Counted from the stretch's first letter, positions 31,456 through 43,846 are shown. The stretch is 64,000 bases of DNA from an uncultured Gemmatimonadaceae bacterium (GCA_963740355.1 CAVUDW010000002.1:1216001-1280000), one strand, 5' to 3'. Made by a program: numbers and translations. The notes: generated by a model not told the origin, from the letters alone.

Positions 31456-32304
31456 TCACACGCGCTTCAGCTGGCGTCCAACCGAGAGGGCACTGCCCAG
31501 CAGGCCGATCACGGCGCCCATCAGGATGCCTAGCAGCAGCACCGGCGTGGGAAAGAACTGGAACGCAAACACCGTGGCCGTCAGCGCCGCCCGCGTCACC
31601 CACATCAATGCCACCGCCATCACACCACCGATCAAGCCCTTCAGCAGCCCATCGATGAGGAACGGGGCGCGAATGAAGCTGTCCGTCGCACCGACCAGAC
31701 GCATGATGCCGATCTCGCGCGAGCGGGCCAGCACCGAGGTTCGGATGGTGGAGCCGATGATGATCATTGCGGCGAACGCGAATGCGACACCGAGCACTAT
31801 GCCGGCGGCCGTGGCGGCGCGACGCACCGCGTAGAACTTCTGCACCCACTCCTCGCCATACCGCACATCGTCGACGAACGGATAGCCGTTCAGCCGCTTG
31901 GCGACGGCCTTCACCATCTCGGGATCACGAAAGCCCGGCTTGAGGCGTACTTCCATCGACGCCGGCAAGAACTCCGGCTCGAAGACGTCCTTGAACTCCG
32001 CCATCTCGGTACGCGCCTTCTTCAACGCGTCCTGTGGTGAGACGTACGTCACGCTGGCCACTTCAGGGAAGGCGCGCACATCGCCCACCGCTGCGGCAAC
32101 GGCGTCGGTCTCCGTCCCTTCCGTCACATAGGCGCGAATCTCGACGCGCTCTTCCAGCCGTTCGAGGGCCAAGCGCGTGTTGTATGCCACGAGGCCGAAG
32201 AGGCCGAACGCAAACAACGAAAACGCCACCGTGAACACACTCAACACGCCCAGCCCTGGCGCGCGACGGAACGCCGTCCAGACTTCGCGGAACGCGAGAC
32301 TCAT
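31456..32304 (-). CDS. ftsX: Cell division permease FtsX
   Basis: Four-TM layout, LPASMEV, REIGIMRLVGATDSFIRAPFLIDG. Confidence 0.93.
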   Translation of the reverse strand: MSLAFREVWTAFRRAPGLGVLSVFTVAFSLFAFGLFGLVAYNTRLALERLEERVEIRAYVTEGTETDAVAAAVGDVRAFPEVASVTYVSPQDALKKARTEMAEFKDVFEPEFLPASMEVRLKPGFRDPEMVKAVAKRLNGYPFVDDVRYGEEWVQKFYAVRRAATAAGIVLGVAFAFAAMIIIGSTIRTSVLARSREIGIMRLVGATDSFIRAPFLIDGLLKGLIGGVMAVALMWVTRAALTATVFAFQFFPTPVLLLGILMGAVIGLLGSALSVGRQLKRV

Positions 32305-33011
32305 CAGCTCTCCCGCTCGGCCAGCGGCGCTTCCGACGAATCGTAGACCAGCGCACCCTTGTTCAACTCGAGCGAACGGAAGCCGCTGTTGCGCACCAGG
32401 TCGAGATCGTGGGTTGCCATCATCACCGCGGTTCCGCTGGTGTTGATGTCGCGCAGCAACTGGAAGACTGCGCGGCTGGCGCGGTCGTCGAGGTTGCCCG
32501 TGGGTTCGTCGGCCAGCAGCACGAACGGATCGTTGACCAGTGCGCGAGCGATGGCCACGCGCTGCTGCTCACCGCCCGAGAGCTCCGATGGCATCGATTG
32601 CATCTTGGGACCAAGTCCCACGCGCTCGAGCACCTTCTGCACGCGGGCCGGGATCTGCTTGGGATGTGTTCCCGTGACTTCGAGCGCGAATGCAACGTTC
32701 GCCCATGCTGTCCGGTCCTCGAGCAGGCGGAAATCCTGGAACACGATCCCCAGCTTTCGACGCAGCTTCGAGACCTCGACGCGCTTGGCATTGATCGAGC
32801 TCACACCGCTGACGCGAACCTCACCCGAGGTGGGCAGGTCATCCATGTAGCAGAGCTTGAGGATCGTGCTCTTGCCAGCACCACTGGGGCCGGTGAGAAA
32901 GAGAAATTCACCCTTGGCCGCCGAGAAGCTGACCTTCTGCAGCCCACCGCTGCCACGAGGCCACGACTTGGTGACGCTGGTGAACTTCACGATCGTCTGG
33001 CCGCTGCTCAC
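32304..33011 (-). CDS. ftsE: Cell division ATP-binding protein FtsE
   Basis: GPSGAGKST, LRRKLGIVFQDFRLL, LSGGEQQR, LADEPTGNLD; coupled to ftsX. Confidence 0.93.
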   Translation of the reverse strand: MSSGQTIVKFTSVTKSWPRGSGGLQKVSFSAAKGEFLFLTGPSGAGKSTILKLCYMDDLPTSGEVRVSGVSSINAKRVEVSKLRRKLGIVFQDFRLLEDRTAWANVAFALEVTGTHPKQIPARVQKVLERVGLGPKMQSMPSELSGGEQQRVAIARALVNDPFVLLADEPTGNLDDRASRAVFQLLRDINTSGTAVMMATHDLDLVRNSGFRSLELNKGALVYDSSEAPLAERES

Positions 33012-34165
33012 GCCAGGGCCTGTGCGAAGTCGGCGATCAGGTCGCGCACATCCTCGATGCCGACGCTCACGCGCAGGAACCCATCGGGAATGCCGAGGGC
33101 CGCGCGCTGCTCCGAGGTCATATGCGCGTGCGAGCTGAAGCGCGGCTCGCAGATCAACGTGTCGACGCCGCCCAGTGATGTGGCGTGCAGAATCAGCGCC
33201 AACCGTTCCACCATGCGATCGGCGGCGGCGGCGCCACCAACCATTTCGAGCGACAACATGCCGCCAAACCCATCCATCGTTGCGGCGGCCAGCGCGTGAT
33301 CCGGATGCGACGGCAATCCTGGATAGTGCACGGTCTTGAAGGCCGGATGCGCTTCGCACCACCTGGCCAATGCCATCGCGTTGGAGTTGGCGCGCTCGAC
33401 GCGGATCTGCAGCGTCTTCATGCCGCGTTCCAGCAGCCAGCAGGCGAAGGGATCCGGTGCCTGGCCCCAGACCATCATCTTCTGCGTGACTTCATCGATG
33501 TACGCCTGCGACCCGAACACCGCGCCACCCAACATGTCGTGGTGACCGTTGAGGTACTTGGTGGTCGAGGCGATCACGATGTCGGCGCCATGTTCCAGTG
33601 GGCGCAGGTTGACCGGGCTGGCGAACGTCGAATCCACCACCAGCGCGACACCGAGTTCGCGGGTCAGTGCGCTGATCGGCTTCAGGTCGAGCACACGACA
33701 GGTCGGGTTCACCGGCGTCTCGACGAAGATCGCGCGCGTGTTCGGCTTCATGCCGAGCCGCCATCCGCGCGATTCCAGCGGATCGACGAAGGTGACCTCG
33801 ATGCCCATCTTCGGCAGCTCTTCCGTGAACAGCCGATGCGTGCCGCCGTAGATCCAGGCGCTGCTCAACAGGTGGTCGCCCGGACGGAGGAGCGCCAACA
33901 TCGCGCACGACGTGGCGCCCATGCCGCTCGAGAGGCAGACCGCGGCTTCCGAGCCTTCCAGCGCCGCCAGTCGCTGCTGCACCAGCACGATCGTCGGCGT
34001 GTTGGCGTAGCGGGTGTAGCGTGGCACCGATGCGACGCCGCGCGGCTGCTCGAAGTTCACGCCCTGCACCAGCGGCGGCGCGATCGGGCTCAGGCCATCG
34101 CTCACGCGACCGGCGTGGACGGCGCGGGTCGCGAAGTGCATCGGTCGTGAAGGGTCGCCTGTCAT
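33008..34165 (-). CDS. PLP-dependent transsulfuration enzyme (cystathionine gamma-synthase/lyase family)
   Basis: YTRYANPT, SSGMGA, ETPVNPT, VDSTFASP, STTKYLNGH, SLGGVDTL, LRVSVGIED. Confidence 0.92.
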   Translation of the reverse strand: MTGDPSRPMHFATRAVHAGRVSDGLSPIAPPLVQGVNFEQPRGVASVPRYTRYANTPTIVLVQQRLAALEGSEAAVCLSSGMGATSCAMLALLRPGDHLLSSAWIYGGTHRLFTEELPKMGIEVTFVDPLESRGWRLGMKPNTRAIFVETPVNPTCRVLDLKPISALTRELGVALVVDSTFASPVNLRPLEHGADIVIASTTKYLNGHHDMLGGAVFGSQAYIDEVTQKMMVWGQAPDPFACWLLERGMKTLQIRVERANSNAMALARWCEAHPAFKTVHYPGLPSHPDHALAAATMDGFGGMLSLEMVGGAAAADRMVERLALILHATSLGGVDTLICEPRFSSHAHMTSEQRAALGIPDGFLRVSVGIEDVRDLIADFAQALA

Positions 34166-34172
34166 CGTTGCC

Positions 34173-34496
34173 TTATCCCAGCAGTTCAGTTCGCGCCGGA
34201 GCCGGCCCACGATCCATGTCGGGCTTCACCAGCTTGATCACATCGCTCACCATGAGCCCCGCAATGTCCCGCACGACGACACCGCCGCGCGGCACTTCGT
34301 CGTCCACGATCACCGGGGCCAGTTCCTTGCGGCGCGGCCCCTGGATGAAGACGAGCTCCCCGTCGGCCAGCATCCGCAACGTCGCTTCTTCGCGGTTGAG
34401 GCTGATCGCCGGCCCGCGCTCCTCGTCGCCACGCCGCGTTCCGACGAAGCCGACGACCTGCAGCGGTGGGTTGTAGAGATCGGTCTGGCGTCGCAT
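34173..34496 (-). CDS. Small protein resembling a stand-alone molybdopterin dinucleotide-binding (double-psi barrel) domain
   Basis: ISLNREEATLRMLADGELVFIQGPRRKELAPVIVDDEVPRGGVVV resembles the C-terminal domain of molybdopterin oxidoreductases. Confidence 0.65.
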   Translation of the reverse strand: MRRQTDLYNPPLQVVGFVGTRRGDEERGPAISLNREEATLRMLADGELVFIQGPRRKELAPVIVDDEVPRGGVVVRDIAGLMVSDVIKLVKPDMDRGPAPARTELLG

Positions 34497-34574
34497 GGGG
34501 GCCTGCGCTCAGGGGTGGCGGTCAGTGGTGGCTGGCGAGCTGATGTCGATCAGCGGTGCGGAGCGACGTCCGGA

Positions 34575-35159
34575 TCAATGATGGCGGTGATGCCGCAACG
34601 GATGAAATCCGGCGGGCGTCTGGATCACCAGTCGACGTCGTGCAAGCGCGACGAGTTGCTCATGCAGATCGATACGCCCGTCGACGTCAAAGGATGCAAT
34701 CGAGTCCAGATCGCCGCCGCCGGAGGCCACCACCAGCTTCCAGGCCGAGTGCTCGTCGGGCTCGACGGTGCCGAAGAGCTGCATCGATCCATCGGCCAAT
34801 TCCGCCACCAAGGCCAGACCGTGGCGCTCCAGCACCGGCTCCAGCGCCTCGAGATGCGCTTCAGCCAGGCCGCGGAACATGAAGTAGCTCGGCGGCTGCG
34901 GCGCCGGGGCGTGCGCTGGCAAGCCGGCCCCGAACCGCAGCAGCAGCTTGGCCACGATTTCGTCGGCGCAGCTGAAGTCGAGAATCCCGACGTGCGAGAA
35001 ATCGAGCACCGCCAGCCGCTGTCCTTCCATCTCGCTCAACATCGATTCCAGCTGCCCGCGCACGGCGCGACCGGTGTCACGCGTGACGAGATTCGAATAC
35101 AAATCACACTCGGCGCGCGCAATCGCCATGCGCAGGTCGAGCGGCATCAATGGCAACAT
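34575..35159 (-). CDS. STAS-like domain protein with a probable C-terminal winged helix
   Basis: LVTRDTGRAVR...VLDFSHVGILDFSCADEIVAKL STAS-like motif; C-terminal LHEQLVALARRRLVIQTPAGF. Confidence 0.7.
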   Translation of the reverse strand: MLPLMPLDLRMAIARAECDLYSNLVTRDTGRAVRGQLESMLSEMEGQRLAVLDFSHVGILDFSCADEIVAKLLLRFGAGLPAHAPAPQPPSYFMFRGLAEAHLEALEPVLERHGLALVAELADGSMQLFGTVEPDEHSAWKLVVASGGGDLDSIASFDVDGRIDLHEQLVALARRRLVIQTPAGFHPLRHHRHH

Positions 35160-36036
35160 CAGGACACCGCCTGCGGAATGATGATCTGCACCTGGGCGCC
35201 GGGAAATGGCGCCAGGTTCTCGGTCAGTGCCTGCTCATCATCCCACTCGGGAATGATGCCGATGCGCGCCGTGCCACTGCGCACCGTCATCTTCGCTTTC
35301 CATTTCGCGACATAGCGTCGAATGCCTGCAAGTCCCTGACCGCGGCCCGGATCGCGGAAGCGGCTGGTGGCACGCAGCACGGCCGCTTCAAGGGCCGCGC
35401 CATCGTCCCAGCGGTCAGCCGTCGCGCCACGCGTCGGCGCCAGCGATTGCCGGAAGCCCACGCCGCAGTCACTCACCGCGATCACCACCACGCGCCGGCC
35501 GAGCCGCTTCTGCCAATCGTACGTCTGCACCGCAACCCAGCCCGGCGCCACCGGCATGTTCGATGATGTTCTGACAGCTCTCCGACAGCACGACCGAGAA
35601 GCCCGACCGATCCACTGGGTGGAAAGCCGAGCGTCTCCATGATCGCGGCCGAGCGCTCCTGGATGTGCGCCACCACATGCTGCACATCTTCGGTCTGCGC
35701 GATCGGCGTCAGTTCGAGAAAGAAGTTCGAGTCGCCGGTGCGGGACTTGGGAACGGGACGGGTCAGCTCGAACAACTTTTCTGCGTGCCGGAAGAACCCG
35801 CTGCGCGCCCAGTAGCTGGCCGTGTTCGAGTCTTCGGGCGGAATGAACTGGGGACGATCACCGGTGCGCGATTGCGCCAGCGTCAGCAGCGCCACCAACC
35901 CGTACGGCGACGACCAGCGGGTGTGCCGTGCGTCGAGCAGCACCTTCGCGTCATTCGGCAGGGCGGCCAGCGGTTGCAGCAGCGCTTCGAATGTGCCGTC
36001 ATCGAGGGACGGCGGTACGGTGAGGATGGTGGTCAC
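35159..36036 (-). CDS. STAS-like plus HATPase_c (anti-sigma-kinase-like) protein, split by two +1 indels (about 35603 and 35542)
   Basis: VLLDARHTRWSSPYGLVAL; reconstructed LSESCQNIIEHA (N-box), AVSDCGVGF (G1), GRGQGL (G2); both breaks are GGGC for GGC. Confidence 0.78.
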
Positions 36037-37019
36037 GACGGGGCAAGCTCTCCGCGGAGGTAATGCGCCAGCCCCGTTGCGCCGCGGTGCCGGACGTTGC
36101 GTGCCGCGGCCCGGTGGGCCAGCCTCATGGCATCCGTGAAGGTAGTGCCTGCAAGCAAATGCGAGAACTGCGTTGCCCCCCAGACATCGCCGCAGCCGGT
36201 GGGGTCGCCGGGGTCGGTATCCAGCAGGTCGGGATCGATTGGCACCAACGCGGTGCTGACCGCACTGAAGGCCGCAGCGGCGATCGGTGTCTCGACGTCG
36301 GCCAGTCTGGTGAAGCCAGGCGCCGCGAAATACACCGCGCCCTTCTTCCCCAGCGTCACGCAGAGCAGGTGCACGCCGCTGGCCAATGCCGTCGCCGCCA
36401 GCGCCATCGGGTCCGGCGCCATCAGGTTCATCTCGTCTTCGTTCACCTGCAACACGTCGCAGCAGCGGCACCAGGCCGCGGCGTCGGCCATCGCTTCCGG
36501 GATGCGGAGGCCACTGGGATCCACGCCCAGCAGTTTCGAGTGCAGATCGCAGTAGATCGGCCCCTTGAACGTGGCCCGCAACATCTGCATCGTCTCGAGA
36601 TCCAGCTCCCAGCCGGCGATGAAGTTGACGTACAAGGCATCGAGGTCAGCCAGCAGCGGACGGAGCCCGAGCCAGGTCCATGGCGGTACGCCGCCGGTGA
36701 GCACCTCGGTGCGACGCTCGTCGCTGACGTAGCGCAGCTCGACGCGATTGTTCGGTTGCGTCACTTCGATCAACGCGGCGTCGGGCGCGGCTCGACGCAA
36801 GCCGCGCACGAATTCCGTGGCGCGCTGATGCAGGTCGGCACCGACCTTGATCAGCGGTACGATCTCCCATTCGTCACTCAGCGCGGCATCGAGTGCGGAG
36901 AGGGCGTACGTGATCCCACCCCACTCCTCGACCGGCGCGGTGCGAATGTCGCGACCGTGAATGACGTCCCAGACGAACGTGCCGATGACACCGAGGCGGC
37001 GTCGCCGCGGCGGGGTCAC
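36033..37019 (-). CDS. PfkB-family carbohydrate kinase
   Basis: LQVNEDEM, VTLGKKGA and DPTGCGDVW motifs. Confidence 0.88.
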   Translation of the reverse strand: MTPPRRRRLGVIGTFVWDVIHGRDIRTAPVEEWGGITYALSALDAALSDEWEIVPLIKVGADLHQRATEFVRGLRRAAPDAALIEVTQPNNRVELRYVSDERRTEVLTGGVPPWTWLGLRPLLADLDALYVNFIAGWELDLETMQMLRATFKGPIYCDLHSKLLGVDPSGLRIPEAMADAAAWCRCCDVLQVNEDEMNLMAPDPMALAATALASGVHLLCVTLGKKGAVYFAAPGFTRLADVETPIAAAAFSAVSTALVPIDPDLLDTDPGDPTGCGDVWGATQFSHLLAGTTFTDAMRLAHRAAARNVRHRGATGLAHYLRGELAPS

Positions 37020-38017
37020 GAGGTGGCGAAGGAGCTGGTCTGCGCCTTGAACGCCGCCACGGCGCCAACCACACCGGCGCTACCGCCGAGCGCGCCGGGC
37101 ACGATCTGGCAGGCATCGACGGCCGGCGCGAATGCGCGGCGGCGAATTTCGGCCTTGAGCGGCGCGAACAGCGCCTCACCCGCATTCACCACGCCGCCTG
37201 CCAGCACCACGACTTCCGGATTGAGCACGTTGAGCAGCGCACCGATGCCAGCGCCAAGGAATCGCGCCGTCTCACGCACCACGTCGATCGCAACCAGGTC
37301 ACCTTCCTTGGCCGCCTTGTACACCATCTGCGCGGTGACCTTCTCGAGGTTCTTGTCGCACATCGTCATCAGCACCCCTTCCGTCTCGCCTGCCAGCGCT
37401 TCCCGCGCGCGATCGGCAATCGCGGTGCCTGATGCATAGGCCTCGAGGCACCCGTAATTGCCGCAACCACAGCGGCGCCCCGTCGAGTCGATCGTCATGT
37501 GGCCGATCTCGCCGGCCACATCGGACGAGCCGTGATAGAGCTTGCCATCGATGATGATGCCGCCGCCGATGCCGGTGCCGATGGTGACGCCGATCACATT
37601 CTTCGCACCCTTCGCCGCACCGGTCCACGCCTCGCCCATCGTGGCGCAGTTGGCATCGTTGTCGAGCGTCGTGTGCAAGCCGGTGACCGACTGAATCCGG
37701 TCACGCAGCGGGAACATCTTCCAGCCCAGGTTCGGGGCGGTGATGATGATACCCTTCTCGCGATCGAGCGGGCCCGGCGCACCGACGCCCACACCAAGGA
37801 AGTTCTCGCGCGGCGCACCCGTTTCCGCCATCGTCACCGCGATCACATCCTCGATCATCTGGATCATGCGCTCCACCACCGAATCCTCGCCTTCGGAGGA
37901 CCGTGTCGGCGATGAACGGAACGCGATCTCGCGTGAGCCGTCTTCCGGCATGGCACCAACCACGATGTTGGTGCCACCGAGGTCGACACCGATGATGTAG
38001 CGGGAAGAATTGGGCAT
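37016..38017 (-). CDS. ROK-family glucokinase
   Basis: GVDLGGT, DNDANCA, GTGIGGG, GEIGH...CGCGNYGCLEAYAS. Confidence 0.93.
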   Translation of the reverse strand: MPNSSRYIIGVDLGGTNIVVGAMPEDGSREIAFRSSPTRSSEGEDSVVERMIQMIEDVIAVTMAETGAPRENFLGVGVGAPGPLDREKGIIITAPNLGWKMFPLRDRIQSVTGLHTTLDNDANCATMGEAWTGAAKGAKNVIGVTIGTGIGGGIIIDGKLYHGSSDVAGEIGHMTIDSTGRRCGCGNYGCLEAYASGTAIADRAREALAGETEGVLMTMCDKNLEKVTAQMVYKAAKEGDLVAIDVVRETARFLGAGIGALLNVLNPEVVVLAGGVVNAGEALFAPLKAEIRRRAFAPAVDACQIVPGALGGSAGVVGAVAAFKAQTSSFATS

Positions 38018-38091
38018 GAGCGGAACGAGAACGAGGGAAGGGAAGTCGGCCCAGCGGGGAGGCCAGGCGGCACGTCAGGCGAATCGATCGA

Positions 38092-39115
38092 TCAATCAGG
38101 CAGCACTGATTGCAGCGAGGCTGCGACGGTCAGCGCGGTAATCTCGCGCATGCACTTGAAATGACCACGGGGGCAGCGCTGCGGGCCATGCGCCGAACAG
38201 GGACGACAGTCGAGTCCGGGGGCGTGTTCGACGATCGCGTGCCGCGGGGCGAGCGGCCCGAACCCGAAAGATGGCAACGTTGGGCCGTAGATGGTGACCG
38301 TCGGAGTGCCCATCGCGCTGGCGAGGTGCTGCGGCAGGGAGTCGTTGGTCACCACGCCGATGGCTCGGCCGATGAGGTCCGCCGAGGCGAGCAGCGAGAG
38401 CTTGCCGGTCGCATCCAGCACGCGATCAGGCGCGACGGCCGCGATCTCGGCCGCCAGCGCGCCATCCTCGGCACCACCAACGACGACGATCCCATGACGC
38501 CACCGGCAGCGCACGGATCAGTGCCGGAAAATCGGGCCAGCGCTTGGTCGCCCAGACACTTCCCGGCGCGATGGCGATGAACGGCGCCGTACCGAACGGC
38601 GCCGACGAGAGCAGTGCCGACACGGCATCACGGTCTGCCGGCCGCGGAAACAGCGATGGCGGCGGCGCGGGCTGCTGCGGATCTGGTGCGGCCAGGCGGT
38701 AGAGTCGTTCCGCGTGATGCCAATCAGACCGATACGGCACCCGGTTGGTGTAGAGCAGCGCACCACCTGATGTATCGAAACCGATGCGCGAGGGGATGCG
38801 CGCCATCCAGGCCAGCGCCGCACTGCGCCACGAACCCTGCGCGAGATACGCCGCGTGGTACTCGCTCCGCGCGAGCTCTGCGGCCAGCCCGCGAAGGCCG
38901 CCGAACCCCTGCTGTGCGCCACGCTTGTCGTAGCGAATCACGCGACGCACGGCTGGATGATTCTCCAGCAGCGCACCACCGGCAGGCGTCGTCACGACGT
39001 CCACCGGGCCGAGTGTCGCGAGATGTGTCAGCAGCGGCGTGGTGAGCACCACGTCGCCCAGAAATGACGTCTGGATGACGAGCGACGGACGGGCAACGCG
39101 TGCTGCGCTGCCCAA
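38092..39115 (-). CDS. waaF: GT9 LPS heptosyltransferase (WaaF-like), split by one +1 indel at about 38497
   Basis: FLGDVVLTTP, APGSVWATKRWP, TGKLSL, TNDSLPQHLASAMGTPTVTIYGPT, CRPC...CP..HFKCM. Confidence 0.85.
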
Positions 39116-39118
39116 CCG

Positions 39119-40918
<1,800 letters not shown>

Positions 40919-41059
40919 GAGGCAGGGGCTGGAGCGAGGGGCGGCGGCGCCGCGACGTCACGGAATCTAGCACATTCACCCATCTGACCGTTCTTCTGGG
41001 ACACGGTCGGGGTAACTTGCGACCAACGCGGCTCACCTTCGATCGGCTCCGACACCCGA

Positions 41060-41974
41060 ATGTCCCTCGCGAATCAGACCCGCCCCGACCTCATCGATCC
41101 GGCCGTGCTCACCGCACTGGGCGGCCTCGAAGTGCGTGCGCGCTGGCTGGTGGACGGCTTCCTCACAGGCCTCCACCGCTCGCCGCGGAAGGGGTTCAGC
41201 GTGGAATTCGCCGAACACCGGCCGTATCAGCCTGGCGACGATCTGCGCTACATCGACTGGAAAATCGCCGCCCGCACCGACCGCTGGGTGGTGAAACAGT
41301 TCGAGGAAGAGACGAACCTTCGCGCCGTCCTGCTGCTCGACGTCAGTCGCTCCATGCAGTGGAAGAGCCCCACCGCCAGCGTCACGAAACAGGTGTATGC
41401 CGAGCAGTTGGCGGCGGCGCTGGCGCTGCTGCTGCTCAAGCAGCGCGACGCCGTCGGGCTGGTGCGCTTCGATGATGCGGTCCGCACCGTGGTGCCGCCG
41501 CGCGCTCGTCCGGCGCATTTCCAGCGGCTGGTGGCGGCCATGTTGGAGCAAGGCACGGGGCGCGAGTCGCGGCTCGATCTCGCGCTGCAGCAGGCGTCGC
41601 ACCTGATCCGGCGGCCGGGCATCGTGATCATCATCACCGACCTGCTGGTGGAGCCGGAGAGTGTCGCGCCGGGCCTCCGTGCCCTGCGCGCCGCCGGCCA
41701 CGACGTGCTCTGCATGCATGTGATGGATCCGGGCGAGCGGGTGCTCGACGCCTCCACCGACGCGCGCTTCATCGACTCCGAGACGGGGGTCGAAGTGGCG
41801 GCCAGCGCTCGCGAGATTCGTGCGGCCTACAACGCCGCCGTCGAGAAGGCAATCGAATCGTGGCGCACCCTGTTCGTGGAGCAGGGCTGTCGGTATGCGC
41901 TCTGCGACACCAGCGAGCCGTTCGGCTTGCCGCTGCATCGCGCCTTCGCGGCGCGCGACTTCGTCCGGGGCTGA
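41060..41974 (+). CDS. DUF58 (vWA-like) protein
   Basis: GLHRSPRKGFSVEFAEHRPYQPGDDLRYIDWK, LLDVSRSM. Confidence 0.93.
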   Translation: MSLANQTRPDLIDPAVLTALGGLEVRARWLVDGFLTGLHRSPRKGFSVEFAEHRPYQPGDDLRYIDWKIAARTDRWVVKQFEEETNLRAVLLLDVSRSMQWKSPTASVTKQVYAEQLAAALALLLLKQRDAVGLVRFDDAVRTVVPPRARPAHFQRLVAAMLEQGTGRESRLDLALQQASHLIRRPGIVIIITDLLVEPESVAPGLRALRAAGHDVLCMHVMDPGERVLDASTDARFIDSETGVEVAASAREIRAAYNAAVEKAIESWRTLFVEQGCRYALCDTSEPFGLPLHRAFAARDFVRG

Positions 41975-41983
41975 CGCAAAACC

Positions 41984-43846
41984 GTGGCGTTTCTAGCACC
42001 ACTCTGGCTGTCGCTGGCCGCCCTTGCTGCCGTGCCGGTGCTGTTGCACCTGCTCCGGCGTAACATCGGCGCCCGCATCGAGTTTCCAGCCGTCCGCTAT
42101 CTGCAAAGCGCCGAACGCGACTCCAGTCGCGACGTCCGCGCCAAGAACCTGCTGCTGCTGTTGCTGCGCATCCTGATCGTGATCCTGCTGTCACTGGCCG
42201 CAGCCAAGCCAATCTGGACGCGCGGTGAAGGCACGCCGCGCAGTCTCGCGATCGTGCTCGACAACTCGCTCAGCACCACCGCCATCGTCAGCGGCGCACC
42301 AGTGCTGGACCGGCTGGCTGCGGCTGCGCGCGAGCTGCGTGCTGCGTCGGCATCGGCCGAGCACCTGTGGCTGATCACGGCCGACGGGACGCTGTATACG
42401 GGCCCCGATGCGATCGATGCCGCCCTCTCGCGTGTGATCGCGCTGCCGGGCGCCGGCCAGCTGGACGCCGCAGTGCGTTCGGCGATTGCGCTGACGCAGG
42501 GCGACGGGGGCGACGGCGGTGCAGTTGCCGTGTTCACCGACGGGCAGCGCACGGCCTGGACCGGCGACCTGCCGCAATCGTCATCGCGGCTGCGCGTGTT
42601 CGTGCCGGAGCTCGCGGTGCCGCCCAACGGCGCGATCCTCTCCGCAGTGGCACAGCCGCAGTGGTGGACACCGCGCGGCACCCTCGAGCTGACGGTGCAG
42701 CCGGTGCGTGATTCGACGGCCTACCGGGTCGCGATCGGTGACAAGACACTCACGCGCGGTGTCATCACGCGCGCGAAGGGCGACTCGATCGCCACCGCTC
42801 GGATCCCGTTGCTCGGCGATGGAACCGGTTGGCAGGCGCTGGAAGTCACGCTCGAGCCATCGGGCGTGGGTGCTGACGATCATGCCATCGTGCCGATCGT
42901 CGTCGGCTCGGCACCGGCAGTTCGTGAATCGGCGGGTGAGTTTGCCGCAGCGGCCGTCGCGGCGCTGCGCGAGAGTGGCCGCGTTCGCGCCAGCGGACCG
43001 GTCACCGTCAGCATCGCGCCTGCGGCGTCAGTGGCGAGCCTGCCGGCGTTGATCCTGCCGCCGGTGGATGCCGGTGGCGTCGCGTCGGCCAATGCCTCGC
43101 TCGCGCGCCTCGGTATTCCGTGGCGTTTCGGCGCCGAACAGCGCGGAACGCAGGTCGTGCACACCTCGCAGAATGACCTGCGTGGCGACACCGCGATCCG
43201 CGTCACGCAGTGGTTCCCGCTCATTCCGCAGCCGAACGCCGTTGGCGACACGGTTGCCCAGGTCGGGAGTGCAGTGTGGATGGTGCGCGGTCCGAAGTGG
43301 ATCGTGCTCGGATCGGCGCTCGACCCGTCCAGCACGACCCTGCCGGTGCGCGCGACGTTCGTGCCGTGGCTGGCCGACGCAGTCAGCAACCTTGCGTCGG
43401 GCACCACCTCCGCGACCAGCGTGGTCGCTGGTGAGCAGTTGATGCCGCCAGCGGGTGCCACGGAATTGCGCAGTGCCGATGGCAAGATCCGGCAGACGCT
43501 GACCGCCAGCGGCGTGCGGGCGCCTGCGCTGCCGGGCCTGTATTTCTGGATTCGCGGCAAGGATACGGTTGGTGCCGTCGGTGTGCGCCTCGATGCCGGC
43601 GAACCGCAACTCGCGCGGGCCACGGCGTCGGAACTGCTGGCACGATTCGGCGGTTCTGATCACGCCGTGGTTTCCTCCGAGACGGCGAACTTCCTGCGCA
43701 GCGTGCGACAGTCCGGTGCCTCGCAGCCGATGGCTGCACCGTTGCTCTGGCTCGCACTGCTGGCTGTGATCGCGGAAGCCTGGCTGTCAGGCCGCTTTCG
43801 CTCACGCAGCGCCACCAGCCCTGAATCTCTCGCACGTTCTGCCTGA
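41984..43846 (+). CDS. BatA N-terminal double-TM plus vWA domain protein
   Basis: FLAPLWL...PVLLHLL...FPAVRYL...LLLLLR...AAAKP; IVLDNSLS and FTDGQ MIDAS-like residues; C-terminal TM. Confidence 0.88.
   Translation: MAFLAPLWLSLAALAAVPVLLHLLRRNIGARIEFPAVRYLQSAERDSSRDVRAKNLLLLLLRILIVILLSLAAAKPIWTRGEGTPRSLAIVLDNSLSTTAIVSGAPVLDRLAAAARELRAASASAEHLWLITADGTLYTGPDAIDAALSRVIALPGAGQLDAAVRSAIALTQGDGGDGGAVAVFTDGQRTAWTGDLPQSSSRLRVFVPELAVPPNGAILSAVAQPQWWTPRGTLELTVQPVRDSTAYRVAIGDKTLTRGVITRAKGDSIATARIPLLGDGTGWQALEVTLEPSGVGADDHAIVPIVVGSAPAVRESAGEFAAAAVAALRESGRVRASGPVTVSIAPAASVASLPALILPPVDAGGVASANASLARLGIPWRFGAEQRGTQVVHTSQNDLRGDTAIRVTQWFPLIPQPNAVGDTVAQVGSAVWMVRGPKWIVLGSALDPSSTTLPVRATFVPWLADAVSNLASGTTSATSVVAGEQLMPPAGATELRSADGKIRQTLTASGVRAPALPGLYFWIRGKDTVGAVGVRLDAGEPQLARATASELLARFGGSDHAVVSSETANFLRSVRQSGASQPMAAPLLWLALLAVIAEAWLSGRFRSRSATSPESLARSA

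Noticed and set aside
34575..34600. His-rich C-terminus (HHRHH) of the STAS-wHTH protein as a metal site
   Set aside because: It could come from another +1 indel, since the adjacent frame also gives a plausible ending; not reliable without reads.
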